This document shows positions 1-9,705 of a DNA stretch of 64,000 nt, one piece after another. Positions within the stretch are counted from its first letter, which is position 1; each line of letters starts with the position of its first letter. The stretch lies in NCBI GenBank assembly GCA_002189035.1, contig NEEC01000002.1, positions 310,001-374,000 of the forward strand. Direction: 5' to 3'. The stretch is from Utricularia gibba (taxonomy: Eukaryota; Plantae; Magnoliophyta). The position numbers were made by a program, and so were the translations under genes. Below the pieces are notes generated by a model. That model made no database searches, was not told the DNA's origin, and worked only from the letters and a program-made list of their open reading frames with translations.

Positions 1-35
1 ATGCGTCTCCGTGTTAGATACATAATGCGCCGGAA

Positions 36-44
36 AGATATTTT
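36..44 (-). promoter_or_regulatory. Evening element (AAAATATCT) about 220 bp upstream of the RbcX2 ATG
   Basis: AGATATTTT on + is an exact EE on -. A single 9-mer in AT-rich DNA can occur by chance. Confidence 0.25.
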
Positions 45-265
45 TGCAAGTTTTGGTGTCAAGTGGTATGTGTGGGAAGGCACACCGGAGCTGTCTAGGG
101 CCGCATGCGGTTTTTTCTGGCCCTTGGTTTTCCATTGAGGAAATCAAAATCATTTTCTCCTTTTCTCTCCCGGCTTTCAAGCACCGCGATTCTCGGAGAC
201 GTTCTTGTCGATTCCGGGATTCCGCGCCGCAATTGGAATCCGATTACCGAAATTGGAACCCCGCG

Positions 266-1379
266 ATGGTCGCCGCCGCTGTTGTGTCGCTCGTGGGTGA
301 ACCCAAGGCTTCTTCGCCCTGTTTCTGTTTCGATTTCTTGCCTTCGTGTGGCGATATGATGGTTGTGCGCCGGAAACGCTTAACGAGCAGTCGGAATTTG
401 GGGTTTAGAAGCACGTTCGTTGATTGCAAAGTGTTTGATGGATGGTGCACGAGTTTGAAGAGACACAAGAAACGCAGAGGTTTCGTGGTCGTGGGGGAGC
501 TCGCGGGGCAGTATGACGACACCTTTGAGGACGTCAAACGAGTATGTTCATTTCCTCAGCCCTCAAATTCGAATAAAACTTGTTCACATGTCCTTCTTGT
601 GTTCGCTTTAGACGGATCAACGCCCTAGCTTGAACTTGATTGAGTTGCTAATCCTGACGTGTGTTGTATTAGTCTTGCTTAAGACCCACAATTACACGTA
701 ATTGGAGATTCCAAAAACATGAAGCTTTTTGATGCAGCAAATTGTCGACTTCTTCACATACAAGGCTGTAAGGACGGTGTTGAACCAGCTCTACGAGATG
801 GATCCTAACCAGTATCGGTGGTTTTATGAGTAAGCACTTCCTCCATCTGAACAATCCCGCGCTATCTGTTCATAACTCAAATCTATGGTCTTTTGGATGA
901 CATAGTTGAGCTGTTTTCACCAGCTACGTTGCATCCAACGAGCATGGCTATGGGAAGCACTTCATTCGAAACCTTGTAAAGGTACGTGAATGGATCTTAA
1001 GGGGTTGGCTCTTCTAGGCTCCGTACTACGTTCACTTGCATCTTCTGCATCATCAGCTTCGTTACATGGATCACTGGTGTTAACTTTTGCCCAGCAGGAT
1101 AAACAAAATCTGGCCGAGAGGGTAATGGTGACTCGCCTTCACCTATATGCCAAATGGATCAAGGTTGATTGCTAACAGAACTTAACTCTGTCGTAGCCAA
1201 GGCATTGTCATTACATTTCTATAAATAAGAACCTTGGTGTTCTTGTGCAGAAATGCAACCATACCGAAATGTACGAACGGATTTCGGACCAGAATTTGGA
1301 GTTGATGCGCGAGCGTCTAATGGAGACGGTGATCTGGCCGCCTTCAGACGACTCCAACACCGAAGAACTCATCGGATAA
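266..1379 (+). CDS. RBCX2: Chloroplast Rubisco assembly chaperone RbcX2, 5 exons
   Basis: Exons 266-541, 738-829, 924-981, 1098-1163, 1251-1379 with GT-AG introns. Spliced protein has a transit-like N-terminus then QYDDTFEDVK/QIVDFFTYKAVRTVLNQLYEM/LAERVMVTRLHLYAKWIK/ENL-like QNLELMRERLMETVIWP, matching plant RbcX2. Confidence 0.93.
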
Positions 1380-1611
1380 CAAAGGCTGGTGATCGCTGCT
1401 GCTTATGCCTAGGCTCTGTGCACGGTTTCTATACAAAACTGCAGTTGGTATTTATGGTTCCATCATGTTCAATCTTCATCTTCCAAAAGTAGTTGCTGAT
1501 ATAAAAGACCATAACTGTAGCATCCGTGTGAATTCCTTACTGGAGGGAAAAAAGCGAATCAAGTGAACAGAAAGTGGCCACTGTTTCTCCTTGAGCGGCC
1601 GCGGCCGGTAC

Positions 1612-2200
1612 GTTTTCCACCATAATCCGATGGGGATGAAGAAAGCCGTAGCACAGTTGGCGATTCAGCCCTTGAGAATTGAGATTCGACGCGAACGACA
1701 AAAGGGCTGCTCGGCGGGGTGGCCAATGCAGTACTGGCTGCAGACAAGAATTCGGTGAACATAGCCCCAATATGAGCAGCTCACTAGCCAAGAAGCAATG
1801 GGAATAGACGTAGAGGAGAACGAGGGCTGCCACGAGATCAACAAACCACCAACAAACTGCAAAAAGAATGGAAGAATTCAGCGTGGGGATGGATCATTTG
1901 CTTGAACAATGAATGACAGAGCAGGAGGATGAAGAAAAATAACCTTGACTACGGCTCCAATGAAGAGTTTTGGCTAGTAAGTCTAGCGCGGTGGTCCAAT
2001 AAAGCTGGTTCCCTATGGTCAAGGCTGGGTGATGATTACGGTGATCCTTGCCAAGAAAATGGATACCAACTGCCATGCGTTGCGGGAGACACCATCAGGT
2101 GCAGGAGCAAACCAAAGAATTATCCCCAATGGGAATTGAAGCAATGAGAGGCTTGACGGCGGCGCCAGATGGAGGAGTAGGAGAGCTGACGGCCAAGTCT
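1612..2200 (-). pseudogene. DiT1: Pseudogene of plastid 2-oxoglutarate/malate translocator (DiT1/OMT1-like), internally deleted
   Basis: Ordered fragments across frames: SSPTPPSGAAVKPLIASIPIG, IILWFAPAPDGVSRNAWQLVSIFLARITVIITQP*P*G, LLAKTL, QFVGGLLISWQPSF, LVLLYVYSHCFLAS, AMFTEFLSAASTALATPP, AALLSFASNL, YGFL, GLWWK. In-frame stops at 2021-2019 and 2015-2013, several frameshifts, central part absent. Confidence 0.8.
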
Positions 2201-3005
2201 ACCCGGGAAACGCATAATGCTCCTGTCATTTCTGCAAAACCAGTGAAATCAATACTCAGAAAGAGAAAAACGGTGGTCGGCGAGGACTCCTCACGAATCT
2301 CGCCCCTTACCTCTGCGCCACCATTATCGTCTTCTTCCTCCAATCATCGTCCCCCATCCCTAATCTGCAATCTATTCCGGTAGGTTAGGGCTCCATTCTC
2401 TTCACTGTTGTGTGGGCCTTGAATATTATTTTTTGACCGGCCCATGCCCAAATTAGACATTGCACCCACCCCTATTATTTGTTTTGCTCAATCCTTTTAA
2501 TAAATAAATCAATCAAAACTTATGGACCAATAAGAAGAAAAATCATAATTTGTTCATTCCCTTTTTAAATAACACTTGTAAATTTTCTCGTGTATTAATT
2601 CTATTATTTTATTGAAAATGAAAACAAAATAATATTTTTCAGAATGCTAATTTGACCAGGTAGGGAAATTTACGCCCTACAGGGATATATAAAAGAGGAA
2701 AAATAGAATAGTCAAACGGTGGGAATTCAAAGGAGGTACCTGAAAAGACCAAAGTGCCCATCCACTGTGGAGCCATGTCAGCACTGATCCGAATCCAGTT
2801 GTCGGTCCCCCACCTCAAAATGGGAGGGTATGATCGTAATTACGCGTGAGCCCAAATTATAATGTTATAATACGATCTATTTCCTCACCGCCACAGGCCC
2901 GCTCGCAAGAACAAAACGCGCACAAGCCACAAACAACGCAAAGAAATCTTTTCCCCGGGCGGCGTCGAGGAGGAGGCAGGTCGACGATAGATCGGAGGAA
3001 GAAAG

Positions 3006-3437
3006 ATGTCTCAGAAACGCGAGAAGGACGAAACGGAGCTTAAAGTTCCCGAAACCATACCTATATGTATGCCTCTTCCGCCGATTACGGCGCCGCCGTC
3101 TAACGCTCCGTTAGCAAGGCTTCCGGAGACCTCAGATCCGGAAGCTACCGGTGTCGGTCGCGAGAGAACGACCTCCGATTCTTCGCCGGAGGAACCGGAT
3201 CTGGCGCCTAAGCGAGGGGCGACTAAGAGGCCAAGGGAGGGCAACCGCTGCCCCGGGTCGGGTTGCAGGAAACGGATCGGACTTATCGGATTCAGGTGCC
3301 GCTGTGGTGATGTTTTCTGTTCCGAGCATCGGTACTCAGATCGCCACGACTGCAGCTACGATTACAAAGCGGCCGGCAGGGAAGCGATCTCGAGGGAGAA
3401 TCCGGTGGTCAAGGCGGCTAAGCTCCTCAAGGTTTGA
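3006..3437 (+). CDS. Stress-associated protein (SAP5-like) with an AN1 zinc finger only, single exon, 143 aa
   Basis: C-terminal [59 protein letters not shown] is an AN1 domain. N-terminus [17 protein letters not shown] is typical of the SAP5/OsSAP1 clade. Confidence 0.92.
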   Translation: MSQKREKDETELKVPETIPICMPLPPITAPPSNAPLARLPETSDPEATGVGRERTTSDSSPEEPDLAPKRGATKRPREGNRCPGSGCRKRIGLIGFRCRCGDVFCSEHRYSDRHDCSYDYKAAGREAISRENPVVKAAKLLKV

Positions 3438-4230
3438 GGGCGGAGGAAGACAGAAAGAACAAGGCGGTTATGGTGTGGGCATCGTTGTAATTCCGATTAG
3501 CGATAGGGGTACTGTTGTCATTTTACTTTGACATAATTTCAAGTTCGCAATAGAAAATTCTCGTCTTTCTTTAATTTGAAGTCTGTAGGAGTATTTGACA
3601 ATTGACAGCAATAATGGGGCATATATGCAATATTGGTGTCGTGCGAGGGCAGGATGTCAATTTACATTTTTTTTTATTGACGGGAGTATGTTGATATTTG
3701 ACTTTGACCCCCAAATGTTTATAAATTGCTACGCCACCCCTTGACTCATATATTACGTTAGGTTGCATATGTCGTGTATATAATAAAGTTTTATTTACAA
3801 GATTATCGAAAGATAATAGTTCCGAATTTGTGGTTTTATGTGATATAATTAAATCACGCATATATACAAAAGAGATCGGCATCCGGAATTTCTTCAAGAA
3901 ATGACGTCGTCCGACGTCCCTTCCTAGTTCCTAATTGAATGCATAAAATCGAGTCCCAACCTTGGCGGCGCGAGTCGTGGAGGAGATCAAAATCGGAAAT
4001 ACGACTGACTTGAAATTAAAAGTGTTTCGTTGTTTGGTTTTGTTGGAGACTGGGTTGAGCGTTGAGGAGCGTTGAAAGAACGTTGAAGTTTGTAAATGTT
4101 GACTATTGTTTTTGGATCAGAAAAGCAGCACATTTTCATAAAGAAGACAAGGACTTATATAGAGAAAGAGAGTTGACCGTTAGATCATGTCAGGTTAAAA
4201 TATGACCGTTGTCTTTAATCTATAGGATAC

Positions 4231-4591
4231 GTTTAGTTCTTGGGATAATTTATCCCAATATAAAATTAATAGGATAGTAAATTAGAATTAAATGTAATTG
4301 TATTTTGATGTGCTTGGTTTATATTATAATAATTGGAATATGATAGTTGTTTGTATAATTAAAATGACGAAAATGTATTTATTTTTCTAAATTGAGTTTT
4401 CTATAAAAAAAAAAAATTTATGGTATTGTTGGAGTAATTAAAAAATACCAACCAACAACTCTAGATTATTTTATCTCATTTTCGTGGGATAATAAATCCA
4501 TGTAGTAAGTAATAACTAATTCTTTATTCGTAATTAAACATCGAATAACGATATACCGTTTAATTATACCTCATTATCTCATGAATCAAAC
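4231..4591. mobile_element. Degenerate MITE-like element
   Basis: Imperfect 18-bp terminal inverted repeats GTTTAGTTCTTGGGATAA (4231-4248) / TTATCTCATGAATCAAAC (4574-4591), 14/18 match. Internal palindrome TGGGATAA-T-TTATCCCA (4241-4257), AT-rich non-coding interior, no clear TSD. Confidence 0.4.
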
Positions 4592-4908
4592 TCAACTGTA
4601 GAGTAGTACTCTTGTTCATCTACCAGTACTTCCTCCATGGGTTGGGCTTCCGACGCTTATTCTTGGGCCAGCAGTCTGGAGTGTTGAGGCCCAAGTATGA
4701 TAAGGCCTTTTTCTCAATCTAATCGAGGGTTGTTTCTCACGGGAGGAACAGAGGCTGTGCGGCGTTCTTTTCCGTGAGTTGAGACTTCCCCGATCTTCGT
4801 TGCTCCACCACTCGCTGACAGAAATCGCCTTTCGTAGACAGCAAACACGCGATCCGGAAGATTCTTCAATTCTTCTTGAAACAAGAGGAGATTTCGATCG
4901 CCGTCCGC

Positions 4909-5004
4909 GTCGGACAAAGCGGCGGTCAATCCCTCCAAATGGACGCTTCTATCGTCGCGGAGGAGCATCTCCATTTAGGGGGACTGACCGCCGCCATGTC
5001 CGAC
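4909..5004. ncRNA. Inverted-repeat hairpin, candidate MIRNA or hp-siRNA precursor
   Basis: Arms 4909-4943 and 4970-5004 are 30/35 reverse-complementary with a 26-nt loop. On the - strand three of the five non-WC positions become G:U pairs. Confidence 0.5.
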
Positions 5005-5369
5005 AAGGTGTATTCTTCGAGCCAAAAGTGATCCGAAATACGGAGTCCGAGTTCTTGCTCTTTGTCAGGTTAGAGGACCGCATGTTTTTCAAATAAAATA
5101 ACATTAATAAAATGTTTTTGTTTACATTTTGCAATTTCAAAAATTGAATTCAAATTGCGTTATTTTTATTATCATAATTTACTCAGTTTCTTTTTAATGT
5201 AAATTGCTTGCTAGGGAACCCTGATGATTAGTTGTATTGCAGTTTCAAGAACCGGGAGAATGGTGAATGATCTGGAGAGGAAGCAGATTCGCGAATGGAA
5301 GAAATGGCACCGATAACGAACTCCAGCTCCTGCTTCTCCGTCCCCCTCCTACCCAGAGCTTCCAATATA

Positions 5370-6250
5370 GGTGGCACGAGGTACAGCGATCTCGAATAGT
5401 GGGGTTATAGGCGTTCTTCGTCAACATTCAGACCGAATCTCTTCTCACCAAGGTATGTCAGTGGCGTCAAAAAATTTGGTGGTTTGGTGGTTCCTTAATT
5501 TGGTTCTGAAATTTAAAAGGTAACTGTTCGAATTTGAGCTCCAACATGATATCAGGGGACACAGCATTTTCAACAGTGAATGTTGGATGACTCTCTGAGT
5601 AATCGAATCTCGCAAGCGCTGATCTTTACGGCTTGGAAGATTGCCATGGAGTCGTGAGAGCCGTTCGTTTGTTGACATGGACATTAAAAGTCATGACATT
5701 AAGCCCAGCTTCGCTATCAGTCGAACAGAAGAGGTTGGTACTCGCAATCACATGGCACCCAATTATTTATGCTTCTGGTTGCCTATTCGTGTTGGTTTAT
5801 GTAGTAGCAAGGTCCCTGTGTTTCTTCTGTGGGTGACAGGCGTTTATTTGCGCATCGTCGTTCATTCCTGATGACAGTGATGTCCCATCTACGCGATAGG
5901 GGCTGACCATCTGCACTGTCTGGCGTCCAGCGCCGCGAGCCTTATGATTGTTTTGAGAGTGTCCAACGTGAACGTGCTGCCATGTATGGCTTCTGAAACG
6001 GTTGCCTTTTCGCTGTTTCGATACGTTCTCTCTCAGCCAGAAGCTCCCCTCCACCGCCGCACCAAGGTTCCGATTTCCCTTCACCTGTTCCTATGGGATA
6101 GACCTCTGGTTCCCGCTAGAAGCAGATTTTGTGCATCTTTTGCTCGTGCTCGGACAGAGGATATCGCTCAGGATGATCCGTGGGAGCACCAGGAAAACGA
6201 AAGACTTGGCCAGCGGCCTGGTGAACGGGAGCACCAGCGGAAGCGGGTGT
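5370..6250 (+). pseudogene. Probable decayed receptor-like cytoplasmic kinase (RLK/Pelle) remnant
   Basis: Kinase-like fragments in correct order across frames: YSDLE..STFRPN, GMSVA-KK (VAVKK), NLV, LFEF, WMTL*VIES-QAL, GLEDCH, EPFV/DIKS, EVGTRNHMAPNY. Many stops and indels; right boundary uncertain. Confidence 0.4.
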
Positions 6251-6527
6251 GGGAGTAGCCTCGAGATCAGGCGGGAGAGGGGTACAGCAGGGGTATTCTC
6301 TTTCAGGTTCCGTGAATTTCAACTCGATAGGAACTCTGTGTAAAATTCCTATTCCTTAATTAATCCAGTTATACTTGTACAGGAATTATTGTTGATTGGT
6401 TTACGGCATTAGCGAACAACAGGTGACAGAGTTGATTCGATGCTCAGTCAGAGGTTCACCTGATGGCCACTCGTTTGAACGCAAAGGATGCGTATCAAAA
6501 ACCCTTCAAGAACAGGGGAGATTCAAT

Positions 6528-7110
6528 TCAATTCCAGAATGCATCCATATTGGCCTGATCATTCAGCATCTCCATGCTGAAGATGGAATTAGCCTGATGC
6601 GAAATTGCAGCCTCACTGGAAGAAGGGGAGCTGTTCAGATGCTCCGGCGAATTCGCAAAGGACGCTGAGACTTGGCGTATGTGCATCTGCACAGCCGTGG
6701 CCTGAGCAAGCGCCAGCTGAGTCTGCAGCACCTCGATCTGCTGCTGCAGTGATGAGATCGCCCCTACACATCCGTACACAGGATCCCTTATCCTGGCATT
6801 GGCTTCATACACCAAGGAGCTCACCGCATCCCCCCGGGTATGCTCTGGTATTTCCTGAAGGTTCATGCTTTTCTTTTAGATGAAAGTCTATAGGACTGAT
6901 CACTGTAGAGTGTACCTGGAGCATCTTGTTGACGTTACTCGCCCCGAAGACCTTGTGCACAGTGGCGAACTTGTTAGGCTGATCCGCCGGAAAGTATGGA
7001 GCAAAAACGCAGTCTTGGGCGCACCGCCGTCTGAGGAGCTTGCAGGCCGCGCAGGGAGACACCGACTGCTGCTGCTGCTTCCGGCCGCTGCTGCTGCTGC
7101 TGTCTTTCAT
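6528..7110 (-). CDS. LBD4: LOB-domain transcription factor LBD4-like, 2 exons
   Basis: Exons 7110-6916 and 6854-6528. [16 protein letters not shown]-block, [16 protein letters not shown] block [25 protein letters not shown] and leucine zipper [12 protein letters not shown]. Confidence 0.95.
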
Positions 7111-7851
7111 TGCTCAAACCCCGGTAGCAGTTGGCAGTAGCTAAAGGCTTCTCCAGTTGTATATCCAGCAGCAGCTTCAGCAAAGAAAAAAACACGAGAA
7201 AGAAAGAAAGAAAGAAAGAACGGAGAGATTCTGTCTGGTTAGAGGATCCTCCTTTTGCCTTTAAATATTCACTCATCCACGCTACAACATCCCAGACACG
7301 CCGGGCCATCATAATTTCCATCAAATCCTGATCATGATCTCCTCCCCAGTCTCCCACACACACCTTGTCTTTTTCGAAAATTTTTTATTATATTTTAAGA
7401 AAAATATTTCCCCAAAATGGAACGAAACAAAGCCTTTAATTTTTCTACTTGCTATGTCCCAATGTGGATGAGAAATGGTTGCCGGAAAAGTGATTCTGTG
7501 GATAAATGAAGGATAAAACAGGAAGAAAAAAAAAAAAAAAAAGAGTCCAAGTGGGCCCAACGGTGGTTTTTCGTTATAAGCAGTTAACAGAGTTACATTG
7601 GGAACCCGCTTTCTCGAGCGTTGACCACTGTCGGCCACGTGTCCAGTCAAATAAAGATTTACATTGGGAACCACTTTTTGGAGTGTGAGAGAAATGAAGG
7701 ATAGTTACTTTAAAAACTACCCCACACTCACGCATAGCTTTGTTTGCTTCTGTTCACGCGGGCGTGACTCCTATTTCTTTTATTATCATTATTTTCCTAT
7801 TAATTCTGGATTTTGTTTAATCGATTTTACTACTGAATTTAATATTCGGAA

Positions 7852-7886
7852 GGGGTATGGGATGGGATGGGATGGGATGGGCCGGG
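7852..7886 (+). repeat. (GGGAT)n pentamer repeat, potential G-quadruplex
   Basis: GGGGTATGGGATGGGATGGGATGGGATGGGCCGGG contains seven G-tracts of 3 or more. Confidence 0.7.
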
Positions 7887-9705
7887 CTCACTTTGATCTT
7901 TGGATTCCTTTCGGCGGAGGAAAGAGATGTGCTGTTTTCCGTGTCGCATCTTTCACTCACAAGCAATCCCCAAAGAGAGTGACAAAATGAATCTTTAATT
8001 TCATAAACAGGCGGAAGACTATGCTTTTTTGGCATCACTCAACTAACAAAAGACAAAAATCCCGTCATTTGTCCGTATTTGATAAGTTTCTTTATGCTTT
8101 TGAATACATATATATCGAGATATTGTTTGATATTATAATATAAAAAATGTATATTCAAATTTAAACATAAATTGTTGTTTGATTAATTAGCATATATATT
8201 AAACCTTGTATCGGTATATTATTTACATACTTATTTATTAAACATATAGATGGTATATATAATGAAATATAGAATTAATTGTCTGGATACATACTTAATT
8301 ACATTATATTTAAATATCTTAATATTTTATTATCAAACAATATATGAGAAGTATGCTTATTTAATACACTTATTTTACTTATATTTTTTAAAAAAACATA
8401 AGTTTTTTTTAATTACAAAACTTTTAATTTATTTAAAATATATCTATCACAGTCCAAACACAATATTCTTAGAACATATATTTATAAAATCCATGTAATA
8501 ATCACTTTGAATTTTATAAACTTAAGTAATTCAATAACATCATTAATTAAATTATCTTTTAAGTTTAATAAATATGTATGGGGCAGGTCTAGGTGATGAA
8601 TGAGCCTCTTGTTGGGCCCAAGTGGCCAACATTCTGAATCCCAATTACCAACAAGCAGCAGGTGGCATCTCGGCCCACCACGTGGTGAAGCTTAACAATA
8701 ATAAATACATAAATATAAATTTATTTTCCGACAACATTGGGAATTGACGATTATACCCTATGGGTTATTGGTAGGATCATCTATTGTTACCGGATGCTGC
8801 GCAAGGCCTGTCTTGACCTCTACCTACATCTGTGTCGGTAAACAACTACCATATTCTTACATAATCTACTGCAATCCCATGTTTTAGAGTATTTAAAGTC
8901 GAAGAAATGACAAACGTTTCAAGTAAATTGGATGATTATCATTGAAATTGTTAGAAAAAATATAATTTATGAGTTGATAATATGTACGGATGTAAGGAAC
9001 ACTATATTTGATTGTATGAAGTGTAAAGATAAAGATATTGTGACGATATTCCATACTAATTATGAACGAGTGAAGAAATGTGATTAAATAGAATATTTCC
9101 CCTAATTTTACATGTTTCAGAAAGAACATCAAATACATGAGGATATAATATTTTAAACGGATAATATCATACAATAAAGAGATGAGTTGTGATTATATAA
9201 ATAAATAAATAGTTTATTATATATCCTAAAAATTTATATATCTAACTATTTTTATCTTTAAATTTTTTTTAAAAAAAATTAAGGTACCAAAAAGTAAACT
9301 TATCCTTAATTTGGTTAAAAGGGAGACAATGCCCACGTTTAAGGTCGGCTTGTTCAATTGTCTTAATGGAACTTGCAATAAGTGAATCCAAGCGTGATAG
9401 ACGACTACGTCTTAGGTTCTTTTGCTTTCTTGTGAGTAAGAATCAAAATGTGTGTACGGATGGGCTTTTTTAATTGCTTGCCCCTAGCTAGGCTGGTGCT
9501 GTGGGAAGGAGAGGACAGCAGTTGACATTTTACGTATCCATGGACGTGGGGTGTAAGAACTGGACAGCTCAGAGAACATTTAAAGGCTCAAGTCAAACTG
9601 ATTCGCCTTAATGTTTCTGTCGTCCCATGCACGAGGCGGGGGGGCTTTCAAGTTAATGTGTAGTAGTGACCACAGTGTGCTTCATCTGTTGCAGTTGCAG
9701 TGTTC

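Noticed and set aside
44-265. N-terminal extension of ORF 44..628 and its read-through past 541
   Set aside because: RbcX2 homology starts at ATG 266, and the ORF tail runs into intron 1.
2048-2383. 111-aa plus-strand ORF as a gene or LINE ORF1 fragment
   Set aside because: Better explained as the antisense of the DiT1 pseudogene and its flank; no recognisable motif.
3571-3897. 108-aa minus-strand ORF as a MULE transposase fragment; nearby GCTACGCCACCCC resembles an hAT-MITE end
   Set aside because: AT-rich, no catalytic motif, no matching second terminus.
4174-4211. Two MSA-like (AACGG) mitotic elements, one a full TCTAACGGTCA match
   Set aside because: No cell-cycle gene start nearby; such motifs also occur in TE debris.
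4714-5096. Overlapping 86-aa (-) and 105-aa (+) ORFs as proteins
   Set aside because: No family recognised; the GC-rich inverted repeat explains the open frames.
8811-8830. TCTTGACCT resembling a tasiR-ARF/TAS3 core
   Set aside because: Only 9 nt match, with no flanking miR390 sites.
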